A stretch of DNA of 64,000 bases, from contig NC_086108.1 in the NCBI RefSeq assembly GCF_963921235.1, positions 11,222,001-11,286,000 of the forward strand, read 5' to 3'. Positions 1 to 12,800 of the stretch are shown here, in pieces (within the stretch, counting starts at the first letter, position 1; every line of letters begins with the position of its first letter). The notes under the pieces were generated by a model, which was given only the letters and a program-made list of their open reading frames with translations, was not told the origin of the DNA and made no database searches. The stretch comes from Mobula hypostoma. Taxonomy: Eukaryota. Position numbers and translations under genes: made by a program.

Positions 1-125
1 AAGAATCTCTTAGGCACATGGATGTTAGAAAAATGGAGGGCTATGTGGGAGAGAAGGGTTAGATTGAACTTGAAAGGATGGAATGACATTGTGGGGCCTG
101 TACTGTGTTGTAAAATTCTGTTTTC
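1..125 (+). mobile_element. CR1 LINE 3' end
   Basis: ggcacatggatgttagaaaaatggagggctatg...gggcctgtactgtgttgt resembles the other CR1 3' ends in the window (e.g. 24800-24915, 27240-27370). Confidence 0.7.
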
Positions 126-590
126 TAAGTTCTATGTCCTGTTATGTGTTCTGTGTTCCATGTTCTGTGTTCTGTGTCCTATGTTCTATGTCCTGTGTTC
201 CATGTCCCGTGTTCTACGTTCTGTGTTCTGTGTCCTATGTTCTATGTCCTGTGTTCCATGTCCCGTGTTCTACATTCTGTGTTCTGTGTCCTGTGTTCTA
301 TGTCCTGTGTTCCATGTCCCGTGTTCTACGTTCTGTGTTCTGTGTCCTATGTTCTATGTCCTGTGTTCCATGTCCCGTGTTCTACGTTCTGTGTTCTGTG
401 TCCTGTGTTCTATGTCCTGTGGTCCATGTCCCGTGTTCTACATTCTGTGTTCTGTGTCCTATGTTCTATGTCCTGTGTTCCATGTCCTGTGTTCTACGTT
501 TTGTGTTCTGTGTCCTGTGTTCTATGTCCTGTGTTCCATGGCCCGTGTTCTACATTCTGTGTGTCTGTGTCCTGTGCTTTATGTTCTATG
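126..590 (+). repeat. 56-bp minisatellite built from 7-bp subunits (tgtgttc/tatgtcc), about 8 copies, extending a CR1 tail
   Basis: ccatgtcccgtgttctac recurs at 200, 256, 312 and 368. Confidence 0.9.
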
Positions 591-984
591 CGCAGACAAA
601 AGTTGAAGATGGGTCACCAACCCTTGAGCTTAGGCTGATCTTCTTTACAACTGTGTGGAACATATGGATGGTTTGCGGTTGGTGATAACTCCCCCTCTTC
701 CCCCTCTGAGGCCTCCAACCTTAGAAATTCCAGCATCTGCTGATTTTCAACCAGCGAAACGCTTGAAGAAATCAGCCACGAATTACACATTAACAGAGGA
801 ACTAATTGATTTAAAGAGCTTTATGCAAGGTTGTGTGTCTTTGGGCTACAGTGTGAATCAGTGGCCTTATTAATCTATTCTCCAATGCAACACTTTCCAA
901 CAGAAGTTTTGTAATAGTATGTAAGGTTTTTTAGTAATTAACATTTTGTAACTCCAAGGATTACTTTGTAATTTGAACCAAGTG

Positions 985-1008
985 GTGTGTGTGTGTGTGT
1001 GTGTGTGT
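985..1008. repeat. (GT)n microsatellite
   Basis: direct reading. Confidence 0.95.
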
Positions 1009-1142
1009 ACATTTCACCTAGCCTGGCTGGAGGGACAGGGGAATGATCTTCGGCCATCAATGAGTGGAGGTTTGGTCCAGTGAGACGTAGACTTTGCAAA
1101 TCAATGTTCTTACAACTTCAGATAACCAGCTTGTCCTCTTTA

Positions 1143-1880
1143 GAGCATAGAACATATATCGGTACAGGCTAGAAACACACCCTTCAATACAATATGCTGT
1201 TCTGAATTATTTAGATCATAGGACAACACATTTCAGTACAGGCGCTTCAGCCCACAAAGTTGTGCCAACTTTTTAACCCACTCCAAAAATCATCTGACCC
1301 TTTCATCTTATATAGCCCTCCATTTTTCTATCACCCTCGTGCCTATCTAAGAGTTTCTTCTTTTTTGTCTTCTGCACTGTGGCTGAACGCTCTAGTGGGT
1401 GGTATTTCACTGATTCCATTACGGTTACTATTCTGGAGATTTATTGAGAATGCCCACAAGGAGATGAATCTCAGAGGTTGTATGTGGCAGCATATAAAAC
1501 TTACTTTGAACTTTGGCTCTGCCACCACCCCAGGCTGGGGGTTCCACACACCCTCTCTGACACCCCCCCCCCAATACTCTTCTACAAACACCTTAACATT
1601 GTGCCTGCTTGCACAGGCCATTTTCACCCTGGGTAAAAGAAATCTCTGACTATTCACTCGACCTGTGTCTCTAATGATCTGTGGGATTCGTTGAGGCAGC
1701 TGTGGAGGACAAGTCACTGGGTATATTTAAAGTGGAGGTTGATAGGTTCTTGATTAGTCAGGGCGTCAAAGATTGTGGGGAGAAAGGGATTGAGAGGGAT
1801 AATAAATCAGCCATGATAGAATGGTAGAGCAGGCTTGATGGCCTACTTCTGCTCCTATGTCTAAAGGTCTTAGGTTCTAA
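1143..1880. mobile_element. cluster of CR1 3' fragments (minus then plus) with a Rex-like LINE tail at ~1350-1515
   Basis: CR1 3' motifs (gtggaggttgataggttcttgattagtcagggc; gcctacttctgctcctatg) and the recurrent tail gatgaatctcagaggttgtatg...ctttgaacttt. Confidence 0.6.
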
Positions 1881-1914
1881 TTAAATGCCTGAATAAAGTA
1901 TTCCCTTCTGCCTG

Positions 1915-2330
1915 TCCTCTCCTATTAGCTTCAACCCTCCCCACCTCCCTGTTTCACCTGTCACCTTGTGTTTCTTCCTTCCCTCCCCCCACTTTCTTAT
2001 TCTGACTCCTCATCTTTCTTTTCCAGTCCTGATGAAGAGTCTTGGCCCGAAACATCGACTGTTTACTCTTTGCCATAGATGCTGCCTGGCCTGCTGAGTT
2101 CTTCCAGCATTTTGTATGTGTTCCACCTCATCTACATCCCAGCTTCTCACTTCATCCCCCCCTCACCTACCCAGCTTTCTCCTCACCTAGTCTCACCTAT
2201 CTTGTTCTTTCCCCCCACCCCAGCCCACCTTCTTACACCCAGTCCTAATGAAGGGTCTCTGCCCGAAACGTCGCCTGTCTATTTCCCTCCACGGATGCTG
2301 CCTGACACGTTGAGTTTTGTGCGGGTTCCT
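1915..2330 (+). mobile_element. two tandem Penelope pLTR-derived repeats with hammerhead-like cores
   Basis: cagtcctgatgaagagtcttggcccgaaacatcgactg followed by gatgctgcctggcctgctgagtt; the same terminus follows the GIY-YIG fragment at 44690-45240. Confidence 0.7.
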
Positions 2331-2984
2331 AATTTTGGAGTACACTAGTGTCACAGTAATCAGCCAATCAGCATGCAGAGTGTTGTGATGTCCACATCCC
2401 TGTACTGGGATGTAATGCTGGGAATGAAGTTTGTTTTTGGGACAGGCCATGTAAGGAACATGCCCTGGTTACAAAGCACCTCAACCTTGCCCAGAATAAA
2501 TGCTCGCCATCTCACTGACTGCAGAACAAATGTCCAACCACTAAGAATAAGTGTGCCACCATAATTACTGATGCTGGCTCAGGATTAGTATGAGAACTGA
2601 TTGTTGGTCCAGGGAGACATTATCCTTCTCAAGCCGGCAGTCCAAGAGTTAAAGGAAAATCTCTGGGGTGGGGCACTGAGGTTTGAGAGTGTGGGGGGAG
2701 GACATGTCATTCATCCCATCTCCATCTGTTCTGTCAATGCAGTTGGAAACTGAAGTCACCATGCGTAACCATAGTAACCTGCTGAAGAGCCAGGAAGGAG
2801 ATTTGTGGCTTTGCTCTTGATATATTTCTTAAAAGGGCATTGAACGTGAGGCAGGACTCCTTGGCCCAGTGCCTTTCCCTGTCGGCATGCTCTGCAAGTT
2901 TACGGGTTCAGGTCCAAGTGATGGCCGGAGAATTCTCTGGGATGTTGGCACTGCTATGCCCAGCGTCAGGACTGGGGCCAAACG

Positions 2985-4120
2985 AGAGAAAGATTTGAAG
3001 TATGTATACATGATACAACCTTGAGATTCGTCTCCTTATGGAACAAAGAATCACAAAAGAACCCATTAAAAAAAACGAGGAGCATCAAACATCCGATGTG
3101 CAGAGAGAAAAAAAAAGATGCGAACAAATAGCGTTCTGAACTGAAGTCCACAAAGACAATCCGGCCCACAGACCCCTAGTTCAGTGCAGAGCGGAACAGC
3201 GAGCTGAACTGACCTCATCCTCACCTCATGCCCTGACACCCTGACCTTTTCACTCTGGCCCGGCCCTGAAATCGTTCAAACATTGGGTTCAGTTGCTTCG
3301 ATACGCTCTGGGATCTGGACCCCACCACCAGGATTCGGACTGTACCCGACCTTTCCGATTCGGCCTGGCACTTAAATCGATCAAACCTGGGGTCTTGGTG
3401 AAGGGCCGGCTGCCTCGCCTCAGTTCTGCCACATCGATAGGGTTGCCAACTGTCCCGTATATTGGGCTAAATTGGTTTGTCCCATACGGGACCACCCTTG
3501 TACCGTATTTCCCCCGCTAAGGTACACCGTTCCTATGAAACTGTTCATAAACTGAAAATGGCATAAAGCGAAGAAGCAATTACCATTAACTTATATGGGA
3601 AAAATTTTTGAGCGTTCCCAGACCCAAAAAATAACCTACCAAATCATGCTAATAACACATAAAACCTAAAATAACACTAACACATAGTAAAAACAGGAAT
3701 GATATGATAAATACACAGCCTATATAAAGTAGAAATAATGTATGTGCAGTGTATCAGAATCGGGAAGATTAAGCCGAAACCGATTTGTAGAGAAAAAAAA
3801 ATCGGCATGTACACGTATGAGCACGTCACGCGTGCGCACACAGGTGCCCGCGCAAGGCTTCATGGTCACGGTAGTCTTTCTCGGAGTAAACACAAGTGCC
3901 CCGTATTTGACTGCTACTTTTGTCCCTTATTTGGGAGTGAGAAAGTTGGCAACCCTACACATTGAATTGCCTCCAAGTCCAAAGGGAAATTACAAGCTAT
4001 TGTCTGCAATGATCATTTATCACAAAAAAAAGTGATTATCAAAGTATTCAGTTGTTTTCCTTGTTTCATCAGCTACCAGCCAGAGGTAGGAGAAATTCAG
4101 CAGCGCCATCTTAAACTGCT
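2985..4120 (-). mobile_element. non-autonomous LINE-tailed element split by the hAT MITE
   Basis: reverse-strand tail gacgaatctcaaggttgtatc...atacttcaa at ~2995-3040 and head aagatggcgctg at ~4100-4112. Confidence 0.5.
3438..3957. mobile_element. hAT-type non-autonomous DNA transposon (MITE), 520 bp
   Basis: 14-bp TIRs tagggttgccaact / agttggcaacccta; 8-bp TSD cacatcga (3430-3437) / cacattga (3958-3965); no ORF. Confidence 0.85.
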
Positions 4121-4719
4121 CGCCATCTCAGTAGTCAGGCAGCCTTGCTGTGGAGGATTTCACGTATTTCCGTTTCACCGTTGGGCACGTTAGTCTCATA
4201 ACAAATCTTTGGTAAGCGATGCAGGTAGCTCGAGGTGTTGCAGAACTACCACCAATGCCGTCTCTGCCAAATCCTCCACATTCACTGAAGAACAGCCCGC
4301 CATGTTCTCTCCTAGTTTGCCATCCACGGCTCAGAGATTGTAGATCCCCTCAAACAGTTCTGAGGAGCATTGACACCAGACTCCCAAACCACATGCCATA
4401 ACCGCTGAACAGAAGAAAACATTCAAGGATGTGTTCAAGATCACCGTCTCCCAGGAGCCTCAGGCTGGAATAAACAATGTTCCACCAATGTACACCCAGG
4501 CTTTGCATAGGTAGAAAAGGAATGGACCACATGCCTGACCACGTCTCCCTTCATCCAATCAGGCACCTCCCGCCCCATTTGAGGGTCCCACAACCTGTCA
4601 CCTCAGAGCCAAAGAACGATGAGGAAGAAGTCTTCTCATCATGAGAAATGAGAGTGAAGAAGTGTGAGTTTGCAGTGCTCCAAGCAAACCACATCTACCG
4701 CCCAGTCTTGGCTTCCTGT

Positions 4720-5030
4720 TGTAGAGTCACAGAAAAATACAGCACAGAAACAGGCCTTTTGGCCCATTGAGTCTGTGCTGAACCATTTAAACTGCCTGCT
4801 CCCATTGATCTGCATTGGGACCACAGCCCTCCATACCCCTACCATCCACGTACCTATTCAAACTTCTGTTAAATGCTGAAATTGAGCTCACACGCACCAC
4901 TTGTGCTGGCAGCTCATTCCACTCTCTCAACACATTCTGAGTGAAGAAGTTTACCCTCATGTTCCCCTTAAATTTTTCACCTAACACCCTTAATGCATGA
5001 CCCCTGGATATAGTCCCACCCTGTCTCGCT
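4720..5030 (-). mobile_element. CR1 LINE 3' fragment
   Basis: minus-strand translation RGHALRVLGEKFKGNMRVNFFTQNVLREWNELP matches the CR1 ORF2 C-terminus. Confidence 0.85.
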
Positions 5031-6091
5031 GATCCAACCCAACTCTGAGTAATCAGAGTGGTGGCATGAGCACCTATCTCCAAGTTAAGGCAAGAGAATG
5101 GTAAATATTCACAAAAAAATGCCATGCAGTTTGGGTTTTAGCATGGACTATGGTCCAAAGGATACTTTACTCAATCAAGAGATTTCTTTCTGCATGAACA
5201 GAGCAGAAAAGCTTCTTGTGGAGGTTGTCAAAAGTTGTGATGGTCTTTAAGTGGATTAATGGTGAATACCTGTGTCGGTAGATTGGTGAGCAGACAGTAA
5301 TTACACACAGACAGAGATTTATTCCGGAGTAATGGATGGGAACTGATTTATGGATATGATGATAGTTCCAGAGATGGTACCGTTCCATGATGATTTGACA
5401 ACCATATCGAGCAAGGAAGAGAGGAAGTGATAAGAGTGGAAATACAGAGGGAGGGGGGTATCGGGGGGGGGTCAAACTGTGGGAGGGGTGGTACTGAGAG
5501 AGGCTCGCACTGTCGGCGCTCTATTTCCTGAAGTTGGAAATTTGCTGTAAAGTTGCCAAAGAACAGTTTTGGAGACTGCCTGAAGACTTTGGGAGTGTGG
5601 AATATCACATCGGCGATGGACTGAAACGGTTGTTTCCTTGCCTGGAAAGATTTGTTTCGGTGAAGTTTTTCGGTCTGCGTCTCTCTGCGCTGAGCAGTGA
5701 ATGCGGCTGGCAGATTGCCAAAGTTTGAATCTGACTTTGCCAGGACCGGGGACGGATTTATTCTGTTTGTAACAGCGGAAAACTCCTCCCGTTCACAATG
5801 CCTCGCCCAGGGCAACTGGGTGAAGAGGATTTTGGACTTCCCGGCCGGAGAAAAGTTTTCATCTGTTCGCGACTGCTGTGCAGACAGCGCTGAGAATTCT
5901 TTAACCGCAAGGACTTCCCTGCCTATGCACTCCTTCTCCTCTCCCGTCCCGTCCTGTCCATTCTCGTCTCTGAACTGTTTTTTTGACTGTTTGCTGGTGT
6001 TCCACTGGGTGTAGACTGTGTTTTTCCCCTCCCAGCGGCAGTGTTTGAACTTCTAAATTCTGATTGTGTCATGACTGGGTGCGGCTCGTAG

Positions 6092-9000
6092 TTGGCTCCG
6101 CCGAAGTCCTACGCACAAACTGCGGGGTCAGTAGTTGCCACTGACGAAGAATTACTGACTCTAAAGAACGCTGTACAGTGTACCGTGCCTACTTCAGTCG
6201 GTAGGAATGCCGACATAAGAGCCAAGGCAGAGACTGTTGGAGGCCGTGAGGGTATTGTTGTGGTAGCGGTTTTGAATGGGAAAACTATTTTCTATTTGAA
6301 GTCACCGAGGGGTGTGTTTTTGACTGAGTCAGGGGTTAACGTTGGGGAGGGTTTTTATGCAGGTGGAGCCGGTGTTGGCCCCCGTGCAGTTGGTAATACT
6401 CTCTGACACCCACCCCATGACAAGGCCCTCTTCCCCTGTCTGTGCTCCATCGGCGAGGTGCGTTCGAAAATAACCCCGATACGGTACGGGGCACCTCCAC
6501 GGGGTAATGAGCACCGATTCTCATTCCAGCGCCGTCTGCTTATGCAGTTAGAGTGGGGCGGGCATGCCGAGGGGCGGCTTCAGGTTTATCTTGAGGGGCA
6601 TTAGTATACCATCCCGAGGGCTATGGGTCACCCGAGATGCCATGCCTGTAAGGAGCTTGGGCACATTCGGAAGAATTGCCCAAACCATCGGCGGCCAACT
6701 CTGCCTCGGAGGCACAGGGTGATTCAGATGTGCCTTCCCCAGCTGACCTCCCTCTGTGCCACAGGCTGTGGAAACCGAGGTTGGATACGGGGTGGGTTAT
6801 GAGGGGGGATGGGTTCAGGGGGCGGGTTACGAGGGGGGATGGGTTCAGGTGGTGGGTTACGAGGGGGGATGGGCTCAGGTTGGGGGTTACGAGGGGGGAT
6901 GGGCTCAGGTTGGGGGTTACGAGGGGGGATGGGTTCAGGTGGTGGGTTACGAGGGGGATGGGCTCAGGTTGGGGGTTACGAGGAGGAAGGGGTTCAGGTT
7001 GAGGGTTAAGAAGGGGGATGGGTTCAGGTGGTGGGTTACGAGGAGGGATGGGTTCAGGTTGGGGGTTACGAGGGGGAGGGGTTCAGGTGGTGGGTTACGA
7101 GGGGGGATGGGTTCAGGTTGGGGGTTACGGGGGGGATGGGTTCAGGTGGCGGGTTACAAGGAGGGATGGGTTCAGGTGGTGGGTTACGAGGGGGGATGGG
7201 CTCAGGTTGGGGGTTACGAGGGGGGATGGGCTCAGGTTGGGGGTTACGAGGGGGGATGGGTTCAGGTGGTGGGTTACGAGGGGGATGGGCTCAGGTTGGG
7301 GGTTACGAGGAGGAAGGGGTTCAGGTTGAGGGTTAAGAAGGGGGATGGGTTCAGGTGGTGGGTTACGAGGAGGGATGGGTTCAGGTTGGGGGTTACGAGG
7401 GGGAGGGGTTCAGGTGGTGGGTTACGAGGGGGGATGGGTTCAGGTTGGGGGTTACGGGGGGGATGGGTTCAGGTGGCGGGTTACAAGGAGGGATGGGTTC
7501 GGGTGGTGGGTTACGAGGGGGGATGGGTTCAGGTTGGGGGTTACGAGGGGGGATGGGTTCAGGTGACAGGTTACGAGGAGGGATGGGTTCAGGTTGGGGG
7601 GTTACGAGGGGGAGGGGTTCAGGTGGCGGGTTACGAAGGGGGATGGGTTCAGGTGGTGGGTTACGAGGGGGGATGGGTTCAGGTTGGGGGTTACGAGGGG
7701 GGATGGGTTCAGGTTGGGGGTTATGAGGGAGGATGGGTTCAGGTTGGGGGTTACGAGGGGGATGGGTTCAGGTTGGGGGTTACGAGGGGGGATGGGTTCA
7801 GGTTGGGGGTTACGGGGGGATGGGTTCAGGTTGGGGGTTACGAGGGGGATGGATTCAGGTGACGGGTTACGAGGAGGGATGGGTTCAGGTGGCGGGTTAC
7901 GAGGGGGGATGGGTTTTGGTGATGGGTTATGAGGGGGGATGGGTTCAGGTGGTGGGTTACGAAGAGGGATGGGTTCAGGTGGTGGGTTACGAGGAGGAAG
8001 GGGTTCAGGTTGAGGGTTAAGAAGGGGGATGGGTTCAGGTGGTGGGTTACGAGGAGGGATGGGTTCAGGTTGGGGGTTATGAGGGAGGATGGGTTCAGGT
8101 TGGGGGTTACGAGGGGGATGGATTCAGGTGACGGGTTACGAGGAGGGATGGGTTCAGGTGGCGGGTTACGAGGGGGGATGGGTTTTGGTGATGGGTTATG
8201 AGGGGGGATGGGTTCAGGTGGTGGGTTACGAGGGGGGATGGGTTCAGGTGGTGGGTTACGAGGGGGGATGGGTTCAGGTTGGGGGTTACGAGGGGGAATG
8301 GGTTCAGGTGGCGGGTTACGAAGGGGGATGGGTTCAGGTGGTGGGTTATGAGGGGGGATGGGTTCAGGTTGGGGGTTACGAGGGGGATGGGTTCAGGTCG
8401 GGGGTTACGAGGGGGGATGGGTTCAGGTGGTGGGTTACGAGGGGGGTATGGGTTCAGGTTGGGGGTTACGAAGGGGGATGGGTTCAGGTTGGGGGTTACG
8501 AGGGGGATGGGTTCAGGTTGGGGGTTACGAGGGGGGATGGGTTCAGGTTGGGGGTTATGAGGGGGATGGGTTCAGGTTGGGGGTTACGAGGGGGGATGGG
8601 TTCAGGTTGGGGGTTACAAGGGGGGATGGGTTCAGGTTGGGGGTTACGAGGGGGATGGGTTCAGGTGGCAGGCAGGAAGGTGAAAAAGAAGAAAAGGCAT
8701 CTGAAGGCTTCTCCCCCAGAGAAGGAGCAGCTTGTTACTGTTGAACGAGCCCAGAGGGTCTCGTGGCTCCCGAAATCCAGCAAGACCCCGGGGAAATCGG
8801 CAGGGGGGGTAGTGCTGGAGGCTGAGGGCACCTCTGTAATGGAGCTCAGCGTGCCTCAGCATATCTGTGGCCTGAAATGACGGAGGGGCGTGTCCCCTGA
8901 GACTGGGGGTCAGGAGCCTCAGGAGGAGGATGAGGATGTGAAGGCCATTTGTGCGGAGTATGTCCTCTGGAGCTGGAGGATAGCCCAGTCGTACAGGGGC

Positions 9001-9850
9001 CCTCTGCTAGGGAGACATCTCCTGAAAACACCACCTCCGGGCTGGGGAGCGGTGCCACTGTAGGGGGGTGGTGTGAGGAGGTGAACGTGGCTTCGTTCGA
9101 GACTGCGCACTCAGAGCGCATATTCCCTGGGGAGGGGCAAAGCCCTGTAGAAAAGGGGCCGCCTGTGGGTACCAGATCATCAGTGGGATGGGTCTCTCAG
9201 ACTGTTGCCCTAATGCCCAGCCGAGGAGCGGGTAGTCCACGAGGGGAACCAGAGTAACCCGGAATTGCCATCCCGTGCAGCTCGTCAGGGGGAAGGTGTC
9301 CCAAGGGGTCAGGAGGGAGGGGACTCTCCTAGTGTTGTTTCCAGGGAAAGTGACGAGGGTGTGGAGATGGGTACGACCCAGCAAGCTTGTGTCTGGGATG
9401 TGGGAGGTAGAAGGACTCTCTCGGTCACTGGTTCTGGGGATGGGGTAGAGCCCATAGCTGGGCCTTCCGTTCGGGCCATGGTGATGAGTGAGGTGGTCGC
9501 ATCAGGTGTTTTTTGCCGACTGCCTGGAGAGTGATGAGTATGTTGGACTCGGTGAGGACGAAGATGGGTGTCCTTTGAAGCTGGGATGGTAGACTTCCTC
9601 AAGATTGGGCAGTTCGTGAGGGGCTACTGGAGGAAACCTTTCAAGGCCCAGTTGGCCACTGATCACTGGTCGGGTCTGGGAAGGGTCATTCAGTCGATCT
9701 GCGCGATCCTCCAAAAGAAGGGGAGGGGAGCTGAGGTGACCCGTAAGGAGAGGTGTCAGTTTAAGAGACTCCTGGGGTCCCTGGAGAAGGGTTGCAGGAC
9801 GAAGACAGGAGAGGGCTGGAAGGAGAGCTCTGCTGCTTCCCCCAGGGGCT
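6092..9850 (+). pseudogene. Tx1 ORF1 (gag-like, zinc knuckle), frameshifted and minisatellite-expanded
   Basis: LLTLKNAVQCTVP...IVVVAVLNGKTIFYL resembles the Tx1/ZCCHC3-type N-terminus; RCHACKELGHIRKNCP at ~6634-6681; GWVQVAGRKVKKKKRH after the repeat. Confidence 0.75.
6785..8670 (+). repeat. G-rich 30-bp minisatellite (gggttcaggtggtgggttacgaggggggat), about 60 copies
   Basis: direct reading; an internal ~327-bp block is duplicated (identical ORFs start at 7018/7345 and 7028/7355). Confidence 0.95.
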
Positions 9851-9855
9851 TCCAT

Positions 9856-12800
9856 GCGGTTAAGCGTTGTGACTATTAACATCAATAGCAGTGGTGGGGG
9901 GGCAGATTCCATCATCTCTCTGTACTCCAGAATGGGAGATGTGCGGTGAGCTTCCTGTAGGAAGCCCACACTGTTCCAGGAGACAAATCCACATGAGCGA
10001 ACAGCTCTACTTCCAGCAGGGTGGCCATCTTGTTGACCACTTTTTTCTAGCCTGAGATATTGCAGGTTTAGGATCTCGTGCCAGACCTGCTGTTTCATCT
10101 CACCGTGCATCAGGATGGCGTGCCAATGAACTTTGTAAATGAGTACGCCCCTGAACCTGGCCAGATGCAGACGCGCCCTGTTCTGAGAGGTGTCTGCATT
10201 GCTGGGGTCCATAGACTGTGGTGACTGCATTATCCTGGGAGTGGTTTCAATTGCACCCTCGAGGAGAGGGATCACACTGGTCCCCAGAGTAGCCGAGCAT
10301 CAGTGAGAAAGTTACGGGAGTTGTCATATCCTCGGTCTTGGTCAATGTCTGGCGGAGACTTCACCCTGACCTCTGTGCTTTCTCGAGGAGGTACAGTGGG
10401 GGTGGGGACTCACGGATCAACCAACTCTACACCTCCTGGATGCACGTCTCCCGGGTGTCGTCCGCCTCCATGTGGCCGATTGCGTTCTCGGACCACCGCC
10501 AGGTGTGGGTGGAGCTGAGTGTGCTGCCCGCACAGGTAGGGTCCGCGTACTGGCATTTCAACAACTGGCTGCTGGGGGACGGCCAGTTCCGGGATTCGTT
10601 CCGGCTGTTCTGGGAGTCCTGGCAGGAGGAGCGGGGGAGTTTCCCCTCTCTGAGACTCTGGTGGAATGTGGCTAAGACTCACATCCGACTGTTCTGCCAG
10701 GAATACGCACGCCGGCCGAACAAACGGCGGAAGTTTGGGGTGGATCAGCTCGAGAAGGAGCTGGTTGACCTGGAGTCCCAGCTGGGGCTGACCAACGGGG
10801 ACCAGCCCCTCTGGGACGAGTACCAGTGGAGGAAGGAGGCACTGAGGCACCTGCAGCTTGAGAGGTTCCGAGGTGCTTACGTGAGGCCACGGGTCCAGAT
10901 GCTGCAGGATCGGAACCACGCCTCGCCCTTCTCCTATTCTCTCGAGAAGGGCAGGGGTGTCTGCAGGCAGCTCGTCGAGTTACTGGCAGAGGGTAGCTCC
11001 TCCGTCATGGATCCAGTGAGAATTGATGCGGAAGTTCATTCCAGTTATGAGGCTCTGGACCTGTGCAGTAAGGATGCATGCAGGGCTTTGTGGACGGACT
11101 TGCTGAAGGACAGCCCTGGGGGTGCTGAGCGTCTAGATGCCCCGCTATCTTTGGAGGAGCTGACCAGTGCCCTCAACCAGCTGCAGAGAGGCAAATCCCC
11201 GGGGCTAGATGGGTTGACCGTTGAATTTCTCTGGGGCTTCCGGGACATCCTAGGGGCTGGTTATGCAGGAGTTCTTGGGGAGGGTATGGCAATGGGTGAG
11301 ATGCCCCTCTCCTGGCGCAGAACAGTCATGGCCCTGCTGCCAAAGAGGGGGATCTCCATTGCCTGAGGAATTGGTGCCCAGTATCCCTCCTCAGAGCGGA
11401 GTACAAGGTCTTTGTCCAGGCAATGGCCAATCGTTTGGGCTCCGTGCTGGCACAAGTGGTCCACCCTGACCAGTCCTGCACGGTCCCAGGGCGGTCGATC
11501 CAGGACAATATCCTCCATGGTGTGGTACCAGCTGACTGCATTGGTCCCACCTACAGCGTTTGTTCCAGGACCCAGAAGAGGCTGGTGGACTTCTTCTGGG
11601 TCAATAGGTGGCCTTGGGTCTCTGCTGTGGTCCTAGGTCTTCCGATCGCAGAAGGCGGTCAGTCCTTGGTGTGCATGTGCACCCAACTGGCGGTTATCTG
11701 TCTCAGGACCCTGCAGTGATACCCGCACAGTGATGGCACGTGCTGGCGATGCACTTTCTCTGCCAGGGACACTGTTTGCAGGAGGGCACATGAATCCTGG
11801 CAGACAGCGTCTGCTGTGCTGCTCTGAGGGAACTATCCTGCTTCTACTGGGAACGGTGGAGGGTTTGGGGTCTGACTTATCCGGTGCCCCTGCACCATTG
11901 GACAGTGCTCTGGCAGCTGCTGCTGGAGTGACTGATCCCAACCCTATCACGATGGGTGTCGGGAGGGTGCGGGGAAGTGGAGGGATGCTGTCCGCACCAC
12001 CACCTGTTGTGCTCACTGGACCCAGGCCTCGGGAGACCATGCGGGAGACGGTCTCGCACAACGTAAGCTGTCTCGCAGGAATCCCCCCGTGGCGTTCCTT
12101 GACGCTCCGAAGTGTTTCTTGTACGGGCTGCTCCTGCACACCTTTCACCTGCTGACCAGACTCGCCATAGCAGGCTATAGAAACATAGAAAACCTACAGC
12201 ACAATACAGGCCCTTCAGCCCACAATGCTGTGTTGAATATGTACTTACTTTAGAAATTACCTAGAATTACCCATAGCTCTCTATTTTTCTAAGCTCCATG
12301 TTCCTGTCCGAGGGCCTCTTAAAAGACCCTGTTGCATCTGCCTCCACCACCGTCACTGGCAGCTCATTCCAGGAACTCACCACTTTCTGTGCAAAAAACT
12401 TACCCCTGACATCTCCTCTGGACCTGCTTCCAAGCACCTTAAAACTGTGCCCTCTCGAGTTAGTCATTTCAGCCCAGGGAAAAGCCTCTGACTATCAATG
12501 CCTCTCATCAACTTATACACCTCTATCGGGTCACATCTCATCCTCCGTTGCTCCAAGGAGAAAAGGCCAAGTTCACTTAATGTTCCCATCTGGCAGTGGA
12601 GGAGGTTCCCAGTGGAAGCCTCTTTATGCAGAGTGCTTCCCCAGTACACTGGGGACCTGCATCAAGCAATCCCATATAACAGATTCCTGAGCAGGTTCAC
12701 TGACACCCCGTCTAGCTGTCCACTCTGTGGGTGTGAGGAGTCAGTGTACCACGCGTTTCTGGAATATGAGAGGTTGCAGCCCTTCTTTGAGTATCTGAAG

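Noticed and set aside
22..685. Cys/Val-rich ORFs in three frames
   Set aside because: Product of the 56-bp minisatellite.
6785..8670. Interstitial telomere (gggtta in the units)
   Set aside because: Only isolated hexamers within a 30-bp unit; no (TTAGGG)n run.
6756..8880. Gly-rich ORFs resembling keratin-associated or eggcase proteins
   Set aside because: They come from the 30-bp minisatellite inside Tx1 ORF1, with frequent frame changes.
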